A stretch of 64,000 bases of DNA from a virus (Duplodnaviria; Caudoviricetes). The translations under genes and the position numbers were made by a program. Within the stretch, counting starts at the first letter, position 1; the number at the start of each line of letters is the position of its first letter. The stretch spans positions 26,186-90,185 of IMG/VR virus record IMGVR_UViG_2858943916_000002, one strand, 5' to 3'. A model generated the notes under the pieces. The model was not told the DNA's origin and searched no databases. It saw only the letters and a list, made by a program, of their open reading frames with translations. This document shows, piece after piece, positions 1 to 8,155 of the stretch.

Positions 1-1412
1 ATACACACCAGCCCCGCTTCGAGGTAGCTCTGGACGTCCATGACCCGCGTCAGCTTGTCTTTGTCGCGGGGAACGCCCTTGACGGGGATATGCCCGCCGG
101 CGGCGATCTCCTGGACCAGTCCGGTACCGCTCGACTTGTCCTCGATGAGGAACTGCCGCAGCGGCGCCGACAGCTTCGGATTGAACGGCTTGTGCTTGGC
201 CCAGAAGTCCAGCGCCCGGCGCTTGAGCTCCGGCGCCTGCCATTTGCCGCGCAGCAGATCCAGCAGGTACAGCTTGCCGTCGTCGCCCAGGCCCCAGCAT
301 TCGAAGACGCTGTAGTCGTTGCGCTCGGCCGTCTTCTGGGCCGTGTCGGCAAACACCTTGCGCGCGACGATCCGGGGCGGCACCGCATACCGGCCGAACC
401 AGGCGCCCTTGATCAGGTCGCCACCCAGCGGCGCTGGGCGTTGCTGGTACTGCGCCGAAAACACGTACCGGCTGACGCGTGCGCCCTCCTGGTCCGTGCC
501 GGCGCCGGCCTCCATGGCCAGCAGGTCCGCCAGCGGCTCCTTGTAGGGCCAGTAGCTGAAGCGCCCCTTCTCGTCCCGGACGCTGCTGTCGACCTTGATC
601 TGCAGCTCGGCCGGCAGGCCTGCCACATACGCGTCATCGATCAGCGCCGGGATGACGATCTGTTCCCAGTCCGAGCCGAGGTTTCCGGCCTCGATGAAGC
701 CGGTCACGTCCTCCTGCGCCAGGCGCTGCATGATCACGATGATCGGCGTGTCGGGGTTGGCCCGACGGCTTTTCACCGTGGCAATCAGGTCACGGTTTGC
801 CTTGGCCCGCCGCGGCTTGCTGTAGGCGTCGCCGACCTTGAGCGGGTCATCGATGATGATGGCGCCCTGCCACCCTTCCGCCATGTGACCGGCGCGAAAG
901 CCGGTGATTTGGCCGCCGAGCGATACCGCGTACACTCCGCCGGCCTTGCGGCCATCGACCTCGATGTTCCAGCGCTTCTTGCTTTTCGCGTCCGCGGCGA
1001 CCTTAAGCGGCCACAGCTCCTGGAACTCGTCAGACTGAACCAGTTCCTTGGCCGTCTGCGAATTCAGCAGTGCCAGGTCGTCGGAATAGCTGATGTGCAG
1101 GAACCGGGCCCGAGGGTTCAGCGCCAGGCCGCGCGCCATCAGGTTGATGGCGACCAGCTCGGTCTTCGACGAGCCTGGCGGCACGTTGATGACCAGGTTC
1201 TTGATGCGGCCGTCGATGACGTCCTGCACCTTCTGCGCGATCAGCTCGTGATGCCAGTTGACCCGGAACTTGATGGCCTGGCGGTGCTTGAAGAAATACC
1301 GGCTGAAGAACAGGTGGTCCTGTTCGCATAAAGCCTTGGCCGTGGCGCGCAGGAGGGCGGGGTCAGTATTCGCCTTGCAGCTTTGCGACAGCGGCGGCGA
1401 CTTCTCTTTCAT
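1..1412 (-). CDS. terL: Terminase large subunit (runs off the left edge)
   Basis: Read manually from ATG 1412 inside the terS end: ...[15 protein letters not shown] (Walker A region) to ...[19 protein letters not shown]; absent from the ORF track because there is no stop in the window. Confidence 0.88.
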   Translation of the reverse strand, partial: MKEKSPPLSQSCKANTDPALLRATAKALCEQDHLFFSRYFFKHRQAIKFRVNWHHELIAQKVQDVIDGRIKNLVINVPPGSSKTELVAINLMARGLALNPRARFLHISYSDDLALLNSQTAKELVQSDEFQELWPLKVAADAKSKKRWNIEVDGRKAGGVYAVSLGGQITGFRAGHMAEGWQGAIIIDDPLKVGDAYSKPRRAKANRDLIATVKSRRANPDTPIIVIMQRLAQEDVTGFIEAGNLGSDWEQIVIPALIDDAYVAGLPAELQIKVDSSVRDEKGRFSYWPYKEPLADLLAMEAGAGTDQEGARVSRYVFSAQYQQRPAPLGGDLIKGAWFGRYAVPPRIVARKVFADTAQKTAERNDYSVFECWGLGDDGKLYLLDLLRGKWQAPELKRRALDFWAKHKPFNPKLSAPLRQFLIEDKSSGTGLVQEIAAGGHIPVKGVPRDKDKLTRVMDVQSYLEAGLVC

Positions 1413-1836
1413 CCACCACCACCGTCTTCTGTTCTATCGGGCCGCCGCCGGCGCCTGTGTGCTCCCGCTTGTTCGTGAATGCGCCGCCCACCTCCTTGGC
1501 GGCCTGCTCCAGCACGCCGGCCGCGCCGATGACGTTGCCACGGCTGATGTGCTTGTCGTAGATCCTGCCGAGCTGTCGGAGGCGAAACGCCTGATCGGCG
1601 ATGGGGATCTCGGCGATTTCCTCTCGGAAGCGTTGCCGGGTGTCGTGGAATAGCTGGACCCACTTCTTGGCCAGATCTTTACCGGCGACCTTGGTCGGGT
1701 CGTACTGCGCTACCTGCATCCGCGGGACGTCCAGACCGAATTCTTCCTTCACCACCTCCGATACCTGGCTGGGGCGGTCCCAGCAGGCCAGGGCTTGGAC
1801 TATGAAGCGCTTGTGCGCCTCCGTGAGCTTTGCCAT
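1363..1836 (-). CDS. terS: Terminase small subunit (DUF2280-like)
   Basis: N-terminal HTH ([15 protein letters not shown]...), directly upstream of and overlapping terL. Confidence 0.8.
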   Translation of the reverse strand: MAKLTEAHKRFIVQALACWDRPSQVSEVVKEEFGLDVPRMQVAQYDPTKVAGKDLAKKWVQLFHDTRQRFREEIAEIPIADQAFRLRQLGRIYDKHISRGNVIGAAGVLEQAAKEVGGAFTNKREHTGAGGGPIEQKTVVVDEREVAAAVAKLQGEY

Positions 1837-1903
1837 ACCAATATGTTGCCAATAAACACAGAAGGCGCTAAACGGGTAACTCGACTAATAATGGGAGACG
1901 ACA

Positions 1904-2125
1904 ATGCCTAAAGCGCGCAATCCGCTCAAGAATCTGAAAATCGAGACCGCTGCTGGTACCCGTAAATGCCACGCGAATTCGAAGCACACGATTGCCGCCG
2001 GGGAGAAACACCTGGCTCAATACGACGACAGCGGAATGGTCCGCGAGAACATTTGCGCGGAATGTGCTCCGCGCGTCCTTGCTGAGATCGAAGGGCATCT
2101 GCGCGAGTTGCAGGCCAGTTTCTAA
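1904..2125 (+). CDS. Small Cys/His (putative Zn-binding) protein, opposite to late genes
   Basis: SD GGGAG before ATG; CHANSKH...CAEC motifs. Confidence 0.6.
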   Translation: MPKARNPLKNLKIETAAGTRKCHANSKHTIAAGEKHLAQYDDSGMVRENICAECAPRVLAEIEGHLRELQASF

Positions 2126-2134
2126 AGCCTTGCG

Positions 2135-2779
2135 CTACGCGGCCCTCAAGCAGCACCCGCAAGCGCGAGCAACGTCCAGCCGAGGCACGGCCGGCGCACC
2201 GCCGGCGGCTGCGGCCAGCCGCCGTACATCCGGCGACGGCCCATACCGCGCCACCACGCCAACGAATTCCTCGACGTCGTGCCCCACGATGCGCAGCTTC
2301 GGCCGGCCCGCCTTGTCGAATGCCGGCGCACCGTACGGATCGGGCGCGTGCCCGATGTGGTAGAGCTCATGCTCCACCAGCGCGCAGAACTCCGCATCGC
2401 TGCAGGTGGCGCAGTAGTCCGCCGCCAGAGTGATCAGGAACGCCGGCACACGGCCGAACCACTCGAACATCTGCTGCTCCTGGCGCACCTTCTGCCAGCC
2501 GCTGGCGCGAAACATGACCTGTTCGGCCTGGCCCAGCACCACGCGCCCGGCCTTCTGAAAGCCGGACGACGCCCAGAGGAACGCTAGGTCGGCGTCAACC
2601 AAGTGAGCGTGGTCAGGATTATGAAGCGGCCCGTCCGCGGCGAGTATCACTCGTTCAGTCCATTCCAGCAGCTGAGGCGCCGGCGCCAGCAAGCCGCCGG
2701 TGGCCTCCGCGCGCGCCAGCCACTCGGCGGGCGGCCTGGGTCGCTCCTCACCCATCGGTCGCGCTCGCCCTCCCTTCAT
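2135..2779 (-). CDS. Putative phage metallopeptidase
   Basis: VEHELYHI (HExxH) and downstream GHDVEEF motif; start may be ATG 2755. Confidence 0.8.
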   Translation of the reverse strand: MKGGRARPMGEERPRPPAEWLARAEATGGLLAPAPQLLEWTERVILAADGPLHNPDHAHLVDADLAFLWASSGFQKAGRVVLGQAEQVMFRASGWQKVRQEQQMFEWFGRVPAFLITLAADYCATCSDAEFCALVEHELYHIGHAPDPYGAPAFDKAGRPKLRIVGHDVEEFVGVVARYGPSPDVRRLAAAAGGAPAVPRLDVARACGCCLRAA

Positions 2780-2986
2780 ACTGAATCATCCACGATGCTT
2801 AACCAGCCTTGCTCCGCGCGATAAAGAGTCCCGGCCTTCCTCATTTGTCCAAGCGCCTCGCTGGGCCTGTCGTCGCTTGCCGCCGTCGATCGACAACCGC
2901 TCATCCCTCGAAGCGGCGATGCTTGTCGGTGCGCGCCATTTTCACTACATTCGGACATTACGAAATCTTACAAAAAAGGAAATCTC

Positions 2987-4024
2987 GTGCCTAACGCCGA
3001 GCAAAACCAACGAAATGAACAGGCCACATCAAGGCTAATTCGGATCCCAATAATCGTGGGGGGCTTGCTAATACTTGCCTACGGTATTTATTTTGGACTC
3101 ATCCGGAAGCAGGGAACAGGTGGCACCGATATCTGGGGTCAATTTGGCGATTTCTTGGGTGGACTGCTAAATCCGATCGTGGGTACCATCACCATCATCC
3201 TTCTCGTCCGCACTCTCATGGCCCAGTTAAATGCTGTCGACATGCAACGGGAAGAGTTAACACTGCAGCGGGATGAATTAAAGCTCCAACGTGCAGAAAC
3301 CGCGAAATCTACGGAGGCATTAGCGGCGCAAAACAATGCAATCAAGATGCAGAGTTTTGAGCAGACTTTTTTCGCATGGCACGACAGTTATCGAACCTTA
3401 GTGACTAACCTCGCGGGGACTAATGCGCAACTCAGCGGAGCCCAGAGACTTCTGGAGTTATATCAGCCTTTCAAGTCCTCATCGGTCTGCAAGGTCGCCA
3501 AAGGCGCACTAACGGAATACGACTCCATCCCGCCGGCCACCTATCCTCAAGCGATCGAGAGCTATCTGACAGATGGGAATAGATTAGTCGTCGAGCGTTT
3601 CGAGCGGGCAATTACTGCATACGAGACGATCTATAGAAACCACCACTCTGTTCTAGGCCCCATCTATCGAACGCTTTATCGACTGCTAGATTGGATAGAC
3701 AGATCATCGATTTCGGACGAAGAAAAATGGCACTATGTGGCTATAGCGCGATCCCAGTTATCCTGGGGCGAAATGCTATTTCTAGCATTTAACGGACTAA
3801 CTCCCAGAGGGCTAAACTTTGTTCCTCTCATGAACAAGTACGCATTACTCGACAATCTTGAAGACCACACGGAAGACCTGGTCCTGGTAATGCGCAAAGC
3901 CTTTCTGAAAAAGCCGCCAGAGCTTCTTAATCCGCAAATCAATGCGTGGAGGTACGAGGACGGCGCCTTTCACTCGTCCGTCGCCAAATCGAAGTTGGGG
4001 ATATTGACCGCAAGAGATATTTAA
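2987..4024 (+). CDS. Putative abortive-infection protein (putAbiC-type domain with N-terminal TM helices)
   Basis: WGQFGDFLGG TM segment, coiled coil, FEQTFF, YRTLYRLLDWID...ARSQLS...LMNKYALLDNL motifs; AT-rich codon usage. Confidence 0.75.
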   Translation: MPNAEQNQRNEQATSRLIRIPIIVGGLLILAYGIYFGLIRKQGTGGTDIWGQFGDFLGGLLNPIVGTITIILLVRTLMAQLNAVDMQREELTLQRDELKLQRAETAKSTEALAAQNNAIKMQSFEQTFFAWHDSYRTLVTNLAGTNAQLSGAQRLLELYQPFKSSSVCKVAKGALTEYDSIPPATYPQAIESYLTDGNRLVVERFERAITAYETIYRNHHSVLGPIYRTLYRLLDWIDRSSISDEEKWHYVAIARSQLSWGEMLFLAFNGLTPRGLNFVPLMNKYALLDNLEDHTEDLVLVMRKAFLKKPPELLNPQINAWRYEDGAFHSSVAKSKLGILTARDI

Positions 4025-4254
4025 GGCTTATCGAAATATGCCCGACATCTCCGGCATATAGCGAATAGCTCTATGGAATTTTCACATAGCGTGGGCTCAA
4101 ACATTGAGGTTCACATGCAGCTAGTCATGCGGCCCAGAAGGCCGCTCAATCGAATCTGGGCTGACGACTCACTTCGTTAGCCAGCTGCGACCTCGAAATT
4201 GCAACGACTTAGCTGTGACCGGCTTCCTTCTAACCAGGTTCTTCAAGAGGTTGT

Positions 4255-4503
4255 ATGAAACGAACCCATGCATCGAAACGCACCGACATTCAGATCCACG
4301 CCGATCAGGCACATCAGGGTCCGCTCTCCAACATTGCCTACGTCACATATGGGCAAACGGCAATACGCGGGGCGAATCTTTCGGCCAAAACCCTTAAGAG
4401 AATCCAGCCTTGGCTGGATCAAAATGAGATTCCTCACAAGCTCTCGGTCGACGGTGGCCAAACGTGGATCGAGAAGTTCGCCCCAGATTGGCACGTGCAA
4501 TGA
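4255..4503 (+). CDS. Hypothetical protein (cargo)
   Basis: 82-aa ORF with GAGG SD, ends at a hairpin terminator. Confidence 0.55.
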   Translation: MKRTHASKRTDIQIHADQAHQGPLSNIAYVTYGQTAIRGANLSAKTLKRIQPWLDQNEIPHKLSVDGGQTWIEKFAPDWHVQ

Positions 4504-4530
4504 AAAACGCCCCGGTTTTTGGCCGGGGCG
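4503..4530. terminator. Hairpin between convergent cargo genes
   Basis: CGCCCCGG/CCGGGGCG stem preceded by A5 (U-tract on the minus strand). Confidence 0.65.
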
Positions 4531-4582
4531 CTTCGTCAGATCGAACTTGCTACGAGTCTGGGCGAATTTTGCACAACTTGAT

Positions 4583-5230
4583 TCACAGAGTCAAGGGGGG
4601 GGCAAAGACAAAGACGATATAGCCATATACTCCTAGCCCCGCCAACAAGAGCAGAAATAGGGGCACCCGACGCAATAGTGCTCTCCTCCGCTCTACCGTC
4701 TGCAGCCGAGAAAGCGCAATGCGACTGAGGCCGACTTGAGCAATTGCAAGTGCTACGAAAAGCCAAAACAACAATTTCGGCGTGCTCGGGTGGTCGGAGA
4801 CCGCGAGCGCCGCGCAAACCGCCGCTGCGAAGAGGAAAATCGCCCCTTCCCAGTAATAGTCCGAATCCTTGAACATTGAGGCTTCCGCAGTCTTGCTGCG
4901 TAGCACCCCACGACCTGCCGCGAGCGCTGCGGCTGCTGATAGCCAGAACGATGCATAGCTGAAAACGCCTGCACGCTTATCGGCGTTCAACACGTACTCA
5001 TAGTACGGCATTGTGTTCGTCGCCAGGACAGCGCAGATAGGTACGACACTAAGAAAAGCCAGCAGCAGGATCACCGGGACTTCCCGTGAATCAAGGTCGC
5101 CTGAACTACCCGACTTGGCCTTTCCCGGGTTACCCAGAGCTGCGTCTTGCAGATTGACCTTAGGCGCTTGTGGCGTCTGAAGCTGGTGCGCGTTCCGCGA
5201 AGCCTTTCTTCTCCTTTGCCTACGATTCAC
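4583..5230 (-). CDS. Multi-pass membrane protein (cargo)
   Basis: Basic N-terminus then about 5 hydrophobic segments. Confidence 0.65.
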   Translation of the reverse strand: MNRRQRRRKASRNAHQLQTPQAPKVNLQDAALGNPGKAKSGSSGDLDSREVPVILLLAFLSVVPICAVLATNTMPYYEYVLNADKRAGVFSYASFWLSAAAALAAGRGVLRSKTAEASMFKDSDYYWEGAIFLFAAAVCAALAVSDHPSTPKLLFWLFVALAIAQVGLSRIALSRLQTVERRRALLRRVPLFLLLLAGLGVYGYIVFVFAPPLTL

Positions 5231-5283
5231 CGGCTGCTCCTACTTTCAATTTGGGAGCAAATTTTAGGAACCGTTGAGCGCTG

Positions 5284-5883
5284 TTAAACGGTCAAGTAAA
5301 CGCTGGAACCAGCCTCTGTCTGGATGTCAATCGGAAACTCCGCGCAGACAATGCATGCCTCCCGCATTTGAGTATCCAGACGATGCAAGGCGGCTCGACG
5401 CTTCCCTTCTACCAGCACCCGGTACGCGCCTCCGGCACGCTGTATGGCCGAATAAGGCAAGTCGAAGCGATCCGACAGATCACGCAGGCGCGGCCGGCCA
5501 CGCAGGATATTGGTGACCAGCAGGTCGGTCAGTTCACGCTCACAACTGTCGGCGAGCCCCTCCGGGTTAAGCCATTCCGAGATCCGACGTGCGCTGGCCG
5601 CCCCCTCTTCACCGGTTCCATACTGCGCCCGCAGGATGTGGAAGCCCACGCTATCGCCCAGCGTCCGCTCCATCAGCTTGACGATGAACACGGCCTGCGC
5701 GTGCCACTCATGCGGCGTCAGTCCTGATAGGGCCTTGCGCTCGTACTCGACGTCGAACCGCTCGCGCAGGGCCTCGCAGACCAACTGCGTCGGGTTCTTC
5801 GGCTCGATGGGCATGGCCAGCATCAAGTAGGCCACGGCGATCGCGTGCTCGGGGCACGAAAACGTTCCGGCTTCACGCGGCAT
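5284..5883 (-). CDS. Putative late-gene regulator (Q-position protein)
   Basis: Last gene of the early-right operon, strong SD AAGGAG, C-terminal HTH-like RLRDLSDRFDLPYSAIQR; function inferred from position. Confidence 0.55.
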   Translation of the reverse strand: MPREAGTFSCPEHAIAVAYLMLAMPIEPKNPTQLVCEALRERFDVEYERKALSGLTPHEWHAQAVFIVKLMERTLGDSVGFHILRAQYGTGEEGAASARRISEWLNPEGLADSCERELTDLLVTNILRGRPRLRDLSDRFDLPYSAIQRAGGAYRVLVEGKRRAALHRLDTQMREACIVCAEFPIDIQTEAGSSVYLTV

Positions 5884-6373
5884 TCTTTACTCCTTTCAAA
5901 TTCTCCAGCTCACAGCCTGGCTGTATCGGGCGGGTATAGACAGCCAAGCTCGGCACGCCCGGCTCGTCGTCCGAAAAATTTGTCGCGTACGGGTACCATT
6001 CCTGTTTCCACACGAGGAGGAATATATGAACAACCAAGTTCAGCAGCAGTTTGGCTTTCGGGTTGAAGATGCAGTAGAAACACCCTATGGTTGGACGGCC
6101 GCGTATTGGATCACTCGGCCTGGTGGGGCAGACCACGTTCGAGTAGATGTGCCTACGGTATTTCCAACATCCAAGGAGGCCGAAGAGAGTGCGCTCATGC
6201 GAGCCGAGGATCATCTTGCAGATGACTATGGCGGCATACGAAAGATCCGAGTTCCGCCAGCTCAACTCATGAGTTTTGGACCAAACGGTAAACGCTAAAT
6301 GGAGCGCTGTACGCCCCTTTGACTGGCCGTCCGTTTCAAGGTTTATCAGGAGCGCCTTGGCCATTGAGTTCAT
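5873..6373 (-). CDS. Antisense bridge ORF across cargo gene 6026..6298
   Basis: ATGA overlap with the upstream stop (6370-6373) and 11-nt overlap with the downstream start (5883); no recognisable protein family. Confidence 0.4.
   Translation of the reverse strand: MNSMAKALLINLETDGQSKGRTALHLAFTVWSKTHELSWRNSDLSYAAIVICKMILGSHERTLFGLLGCWKYRRHIYSNVVCPTRPSDPIRGRPTIGCFYCIFNPKAKLLLNLVVHIFLLVWKQEWYPYATNFSDDEPGVPSLAVYTRPIQPGCELENLKGVKNAA
6026..6298 (+). CDS. Hypothetical protein (cargo)
   Basis: Strong SD GAGGAGG; globular-looking 90 aa. Confidence 0.7.
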   Translation: MNNQVQQQFGFRVEDAVETPYGWTAAYWITRPGGADHVRVDVPTVFPTSKEAEESALMRAEDHLADDYGGIRKIRVPPAQLMSFGPNGKR

Positions 6374-6849
6374 GCCAGGTCACTCACCAAATCCACGGCC
6401 CTGAACCAACTGCCAAGGCCCGCACCGGCCGATGCTCCCGCCGTGTCTCCGCGCGGCTGCGCTGACGCGCATTCGTCGCCAAGCACCCGCAGCATCAACG
6501 CCCCCAATGCCTGCGCGGTCACATTCCCGCTGGCCGCTTCCGCGAAGTCCTTGCGGCTGTGCCGGCTCAGCCAGGGAATCACGCTGTCCGGCACAGGCTG
6601 GCCGGGCAGCGCCGCCTTCAGGCGCCCAGCCAGGATGAACAGGCTTCGACGGTTGTGCATGCGAGCGGTGATGCCTGCCTGCTCCGCGTAGGCCGTGCCG
6701 TGGTGCAGATGGCAGTACCAGTCGGACACGCCGGTCGTGGTGTCAGCGATAGACCCGGGCAGCATGCAGCCCCTGACGCAGCACATGCCGTAGCCCTGGA
6801 CCGGATGCTGGTGGCGGGTCACCGCCGCGGATGCCTCGGCGTAGCTCAT
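6370..6849 (-). CDS. Cys/His-rich phage protein (homolog of 50917..51393)
   Basis: MSYAEASAAV...GYGMC...GC.LPG...DWYC.LH shared with the prophage 2 copy. Confidence 0.75.
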   Translation of the reverse strand: MSYAEASAAVTRHQHPVQGYGMCCVRGCMLPGSIADTTTGVSDWYCHLHHGTAYAEQAGITARMHNRRSLFILAGRLKAALPGQPVPDSVIPWLSRHSRKDFAEAASGNVTAQALGALMLRVLGDECASAQPRGDTAGASAGAGLGSWFRAVDLVSDLA

Positions 6850-7835
6850 GCGGTTCGCTCCTGCTCATCACGCCGGCGACGCAGCTCGGCGAAGATCCGA
6901 TCGCGGTAGCTGGCGTAGGTCTCGCCGCCCCGAGCAAACATGCCCAGTTCACGCCCCACGCGGTCCGTCGCCGCATCGGACTTCCACCACTCGCCCCAGT
7001 CCTGGCCGGTCTCGGCACGAGGCCCCACCGCGTTCGGCACGACGGGAGCGCGAGCTGTTCGCACGCGGTTTCGCCAGGTCGCCAGCCAGTCGAGCTTGCA
7101 GCCCTTCGCTCCTGGCACGGCGGTCCAGTAGTCGCGGAATTCGTCGGCCAGTACGCGCACCTGCTCGGCGGACAGGTCGGGCCGCAGGTCGAGCGCCGCC
7201 TTGCCCCAGGACATCGGCAGAACCCAGTCTGCCGGCAGGCGAGATCCACGCTTCGTGGTGCTGACAGTGTTACGGCTTTTAGAGGTATTACCTACGAAGA
7301 TAGGTATTACCTCTTTCTTATGTTTTATTTCTGTAGGGAAAACTGGTACTGCTTCGGGTTTACCCAGGTGTCCCAAATTTGGTACTGCTTCGGGGTAAGC
7401 GGTACCAGTTTTGGGACTGCTTCCCTCAAAATCATCGGAAGCTATCCCAATTTCGGTACCGCTTAGCTGTCCCAAATCTGGTACTGCTTGGGCTTCGGAA
7501 GCTGTCCCGTTTTCGGTACCGCTTTGCTGATCCGAAGCTGTACCAGAATTGGTACCGCTTGCTGGTTCGCACAGCCGGAACACGACCACCGACTTAGTGG
7601 CCCCTGCCCGCTCGCCGCTATCGACCAGGAAACCTGCGTCGATCAGCCGGCGCAGATTGGCGAGCACCGTCTTGCGGTCTTGCCCAGTCTGCTGCGCGAT
7701 CAGGGTGGTGGATGCAAATGCGCTCCACGGCGCTTGCTTGCCGTGCGCATAATGCGCCAGTGCCACCAGAATGAACTTGGCTGGGGAATGGCAAACAGGC
7801 TGGGCCAATGCCCAAGCGACAGCTTGAGCACTCAT
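6846..7835 (-). CDS. Phage replication initiator (N-terminal HTH, O-like)
   Basis: AKFILVALAHYA...AQQTGQDRKTV HTH; internal iteron array; C-terminal DWLATWRN motif. Confidence 0.85.
   Translation of the reverse strand: MSAQAVAWALAQPVCHSPAKFILVALAHYAHGKQAPWSAFASTTLIAQQTGQDRKTVLANLRRLIDAGFLVDSGERAGATKSVVVFRLCEPASGTNSGTASDQQSGTENGTASEAQAVPDLGQLSGTEIGIASDDFEGSSPKTGTAYPEAVPNLGHLGKPEAVPVFPTEIKHKKEVIPIFVGNTSKSRNTVSTTKRGSRLPADWVLPMSWGKAALDLRPDLSAEQVRVLADEFRDYWTAVPGAKGCKLDWLATWRNRVRTARAPVVPNAVGPRAETGQDWGEWWKSDAATDRVGRELGMFARGGETYASYRDRIFAELRRRRDEQERTA
7270..7560. repeat. Replication origin: 7 iterons plus adjacent AT-rich stretch
   Basis: GG(T/G)AC(T/C)GCTT at 7345, 7381, 7413, 7455, 7480, 7515, 7551, most preceded by TGTCCCAAATTT-like 12-mers; AT-rich 7270-7335. 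Confidence 0.75.
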
Positions 7836-8155
7836 CGTCGTCCCCCAGGGGCCACAACCCTACCCTGCTCTACTACCGGTGCAACTCGTCCAATTCGTCC
7901 AGTGGCATTGCATTCACCACACATTAGCTTTTGAGGTTCACCAGAATACAACCATGCCAGGAATGGTTTGCGCACCAACTCATGGAATCGGTCGCGCGCC
8001 ATTTGATCCAGGTCGAGCTCGGCGCGCGACTCCACACCGGATACGCGACGAATGAACGCAGCGGCCTCATCGGCGCAGTGAACGCCAGCAAAAACCCAGA
8101 ACTTCGGATTTCGACTCAGCCGGACGGCCAGCCAGCAAATCGAATTGGCCTTCAT
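7832..8155 (-). CDS. Conserved phage hypothetical protein
   Basis: ATGA-coupled to the initiator; ESRAELD...FHELVRKPF motif. Confidence 0.75.
   Translation of the reverse strand: MKANSICWLAVRLSRNPKFWVFAGVHCADEAAAFIRRVSGVESRAELDLDQMARDRFHELVRKPFLAWLYSGEPQKLMCGECNATGRIGRVAPVVEQGRVVAPGGRR

Noticed and set aside
90-1331. 413-aa plus-strand ORF
   Set aside because: Codon-aligned antisense shadow of terL in GC-rich DNA; no motifs and no coupling.
1868-2098. Minus-strand ORF across cargo 1904..2125 as another bridge
   Set aside because: Separated from both neighbours by 30-40 nt with no overlap, so it does not meet the coupling criterion.
4595-4602. G8 run as a phase-variation site
   Set aside because: It lies in the last codons of 4583..5230; slippage would alter only the extreme C-terminus.
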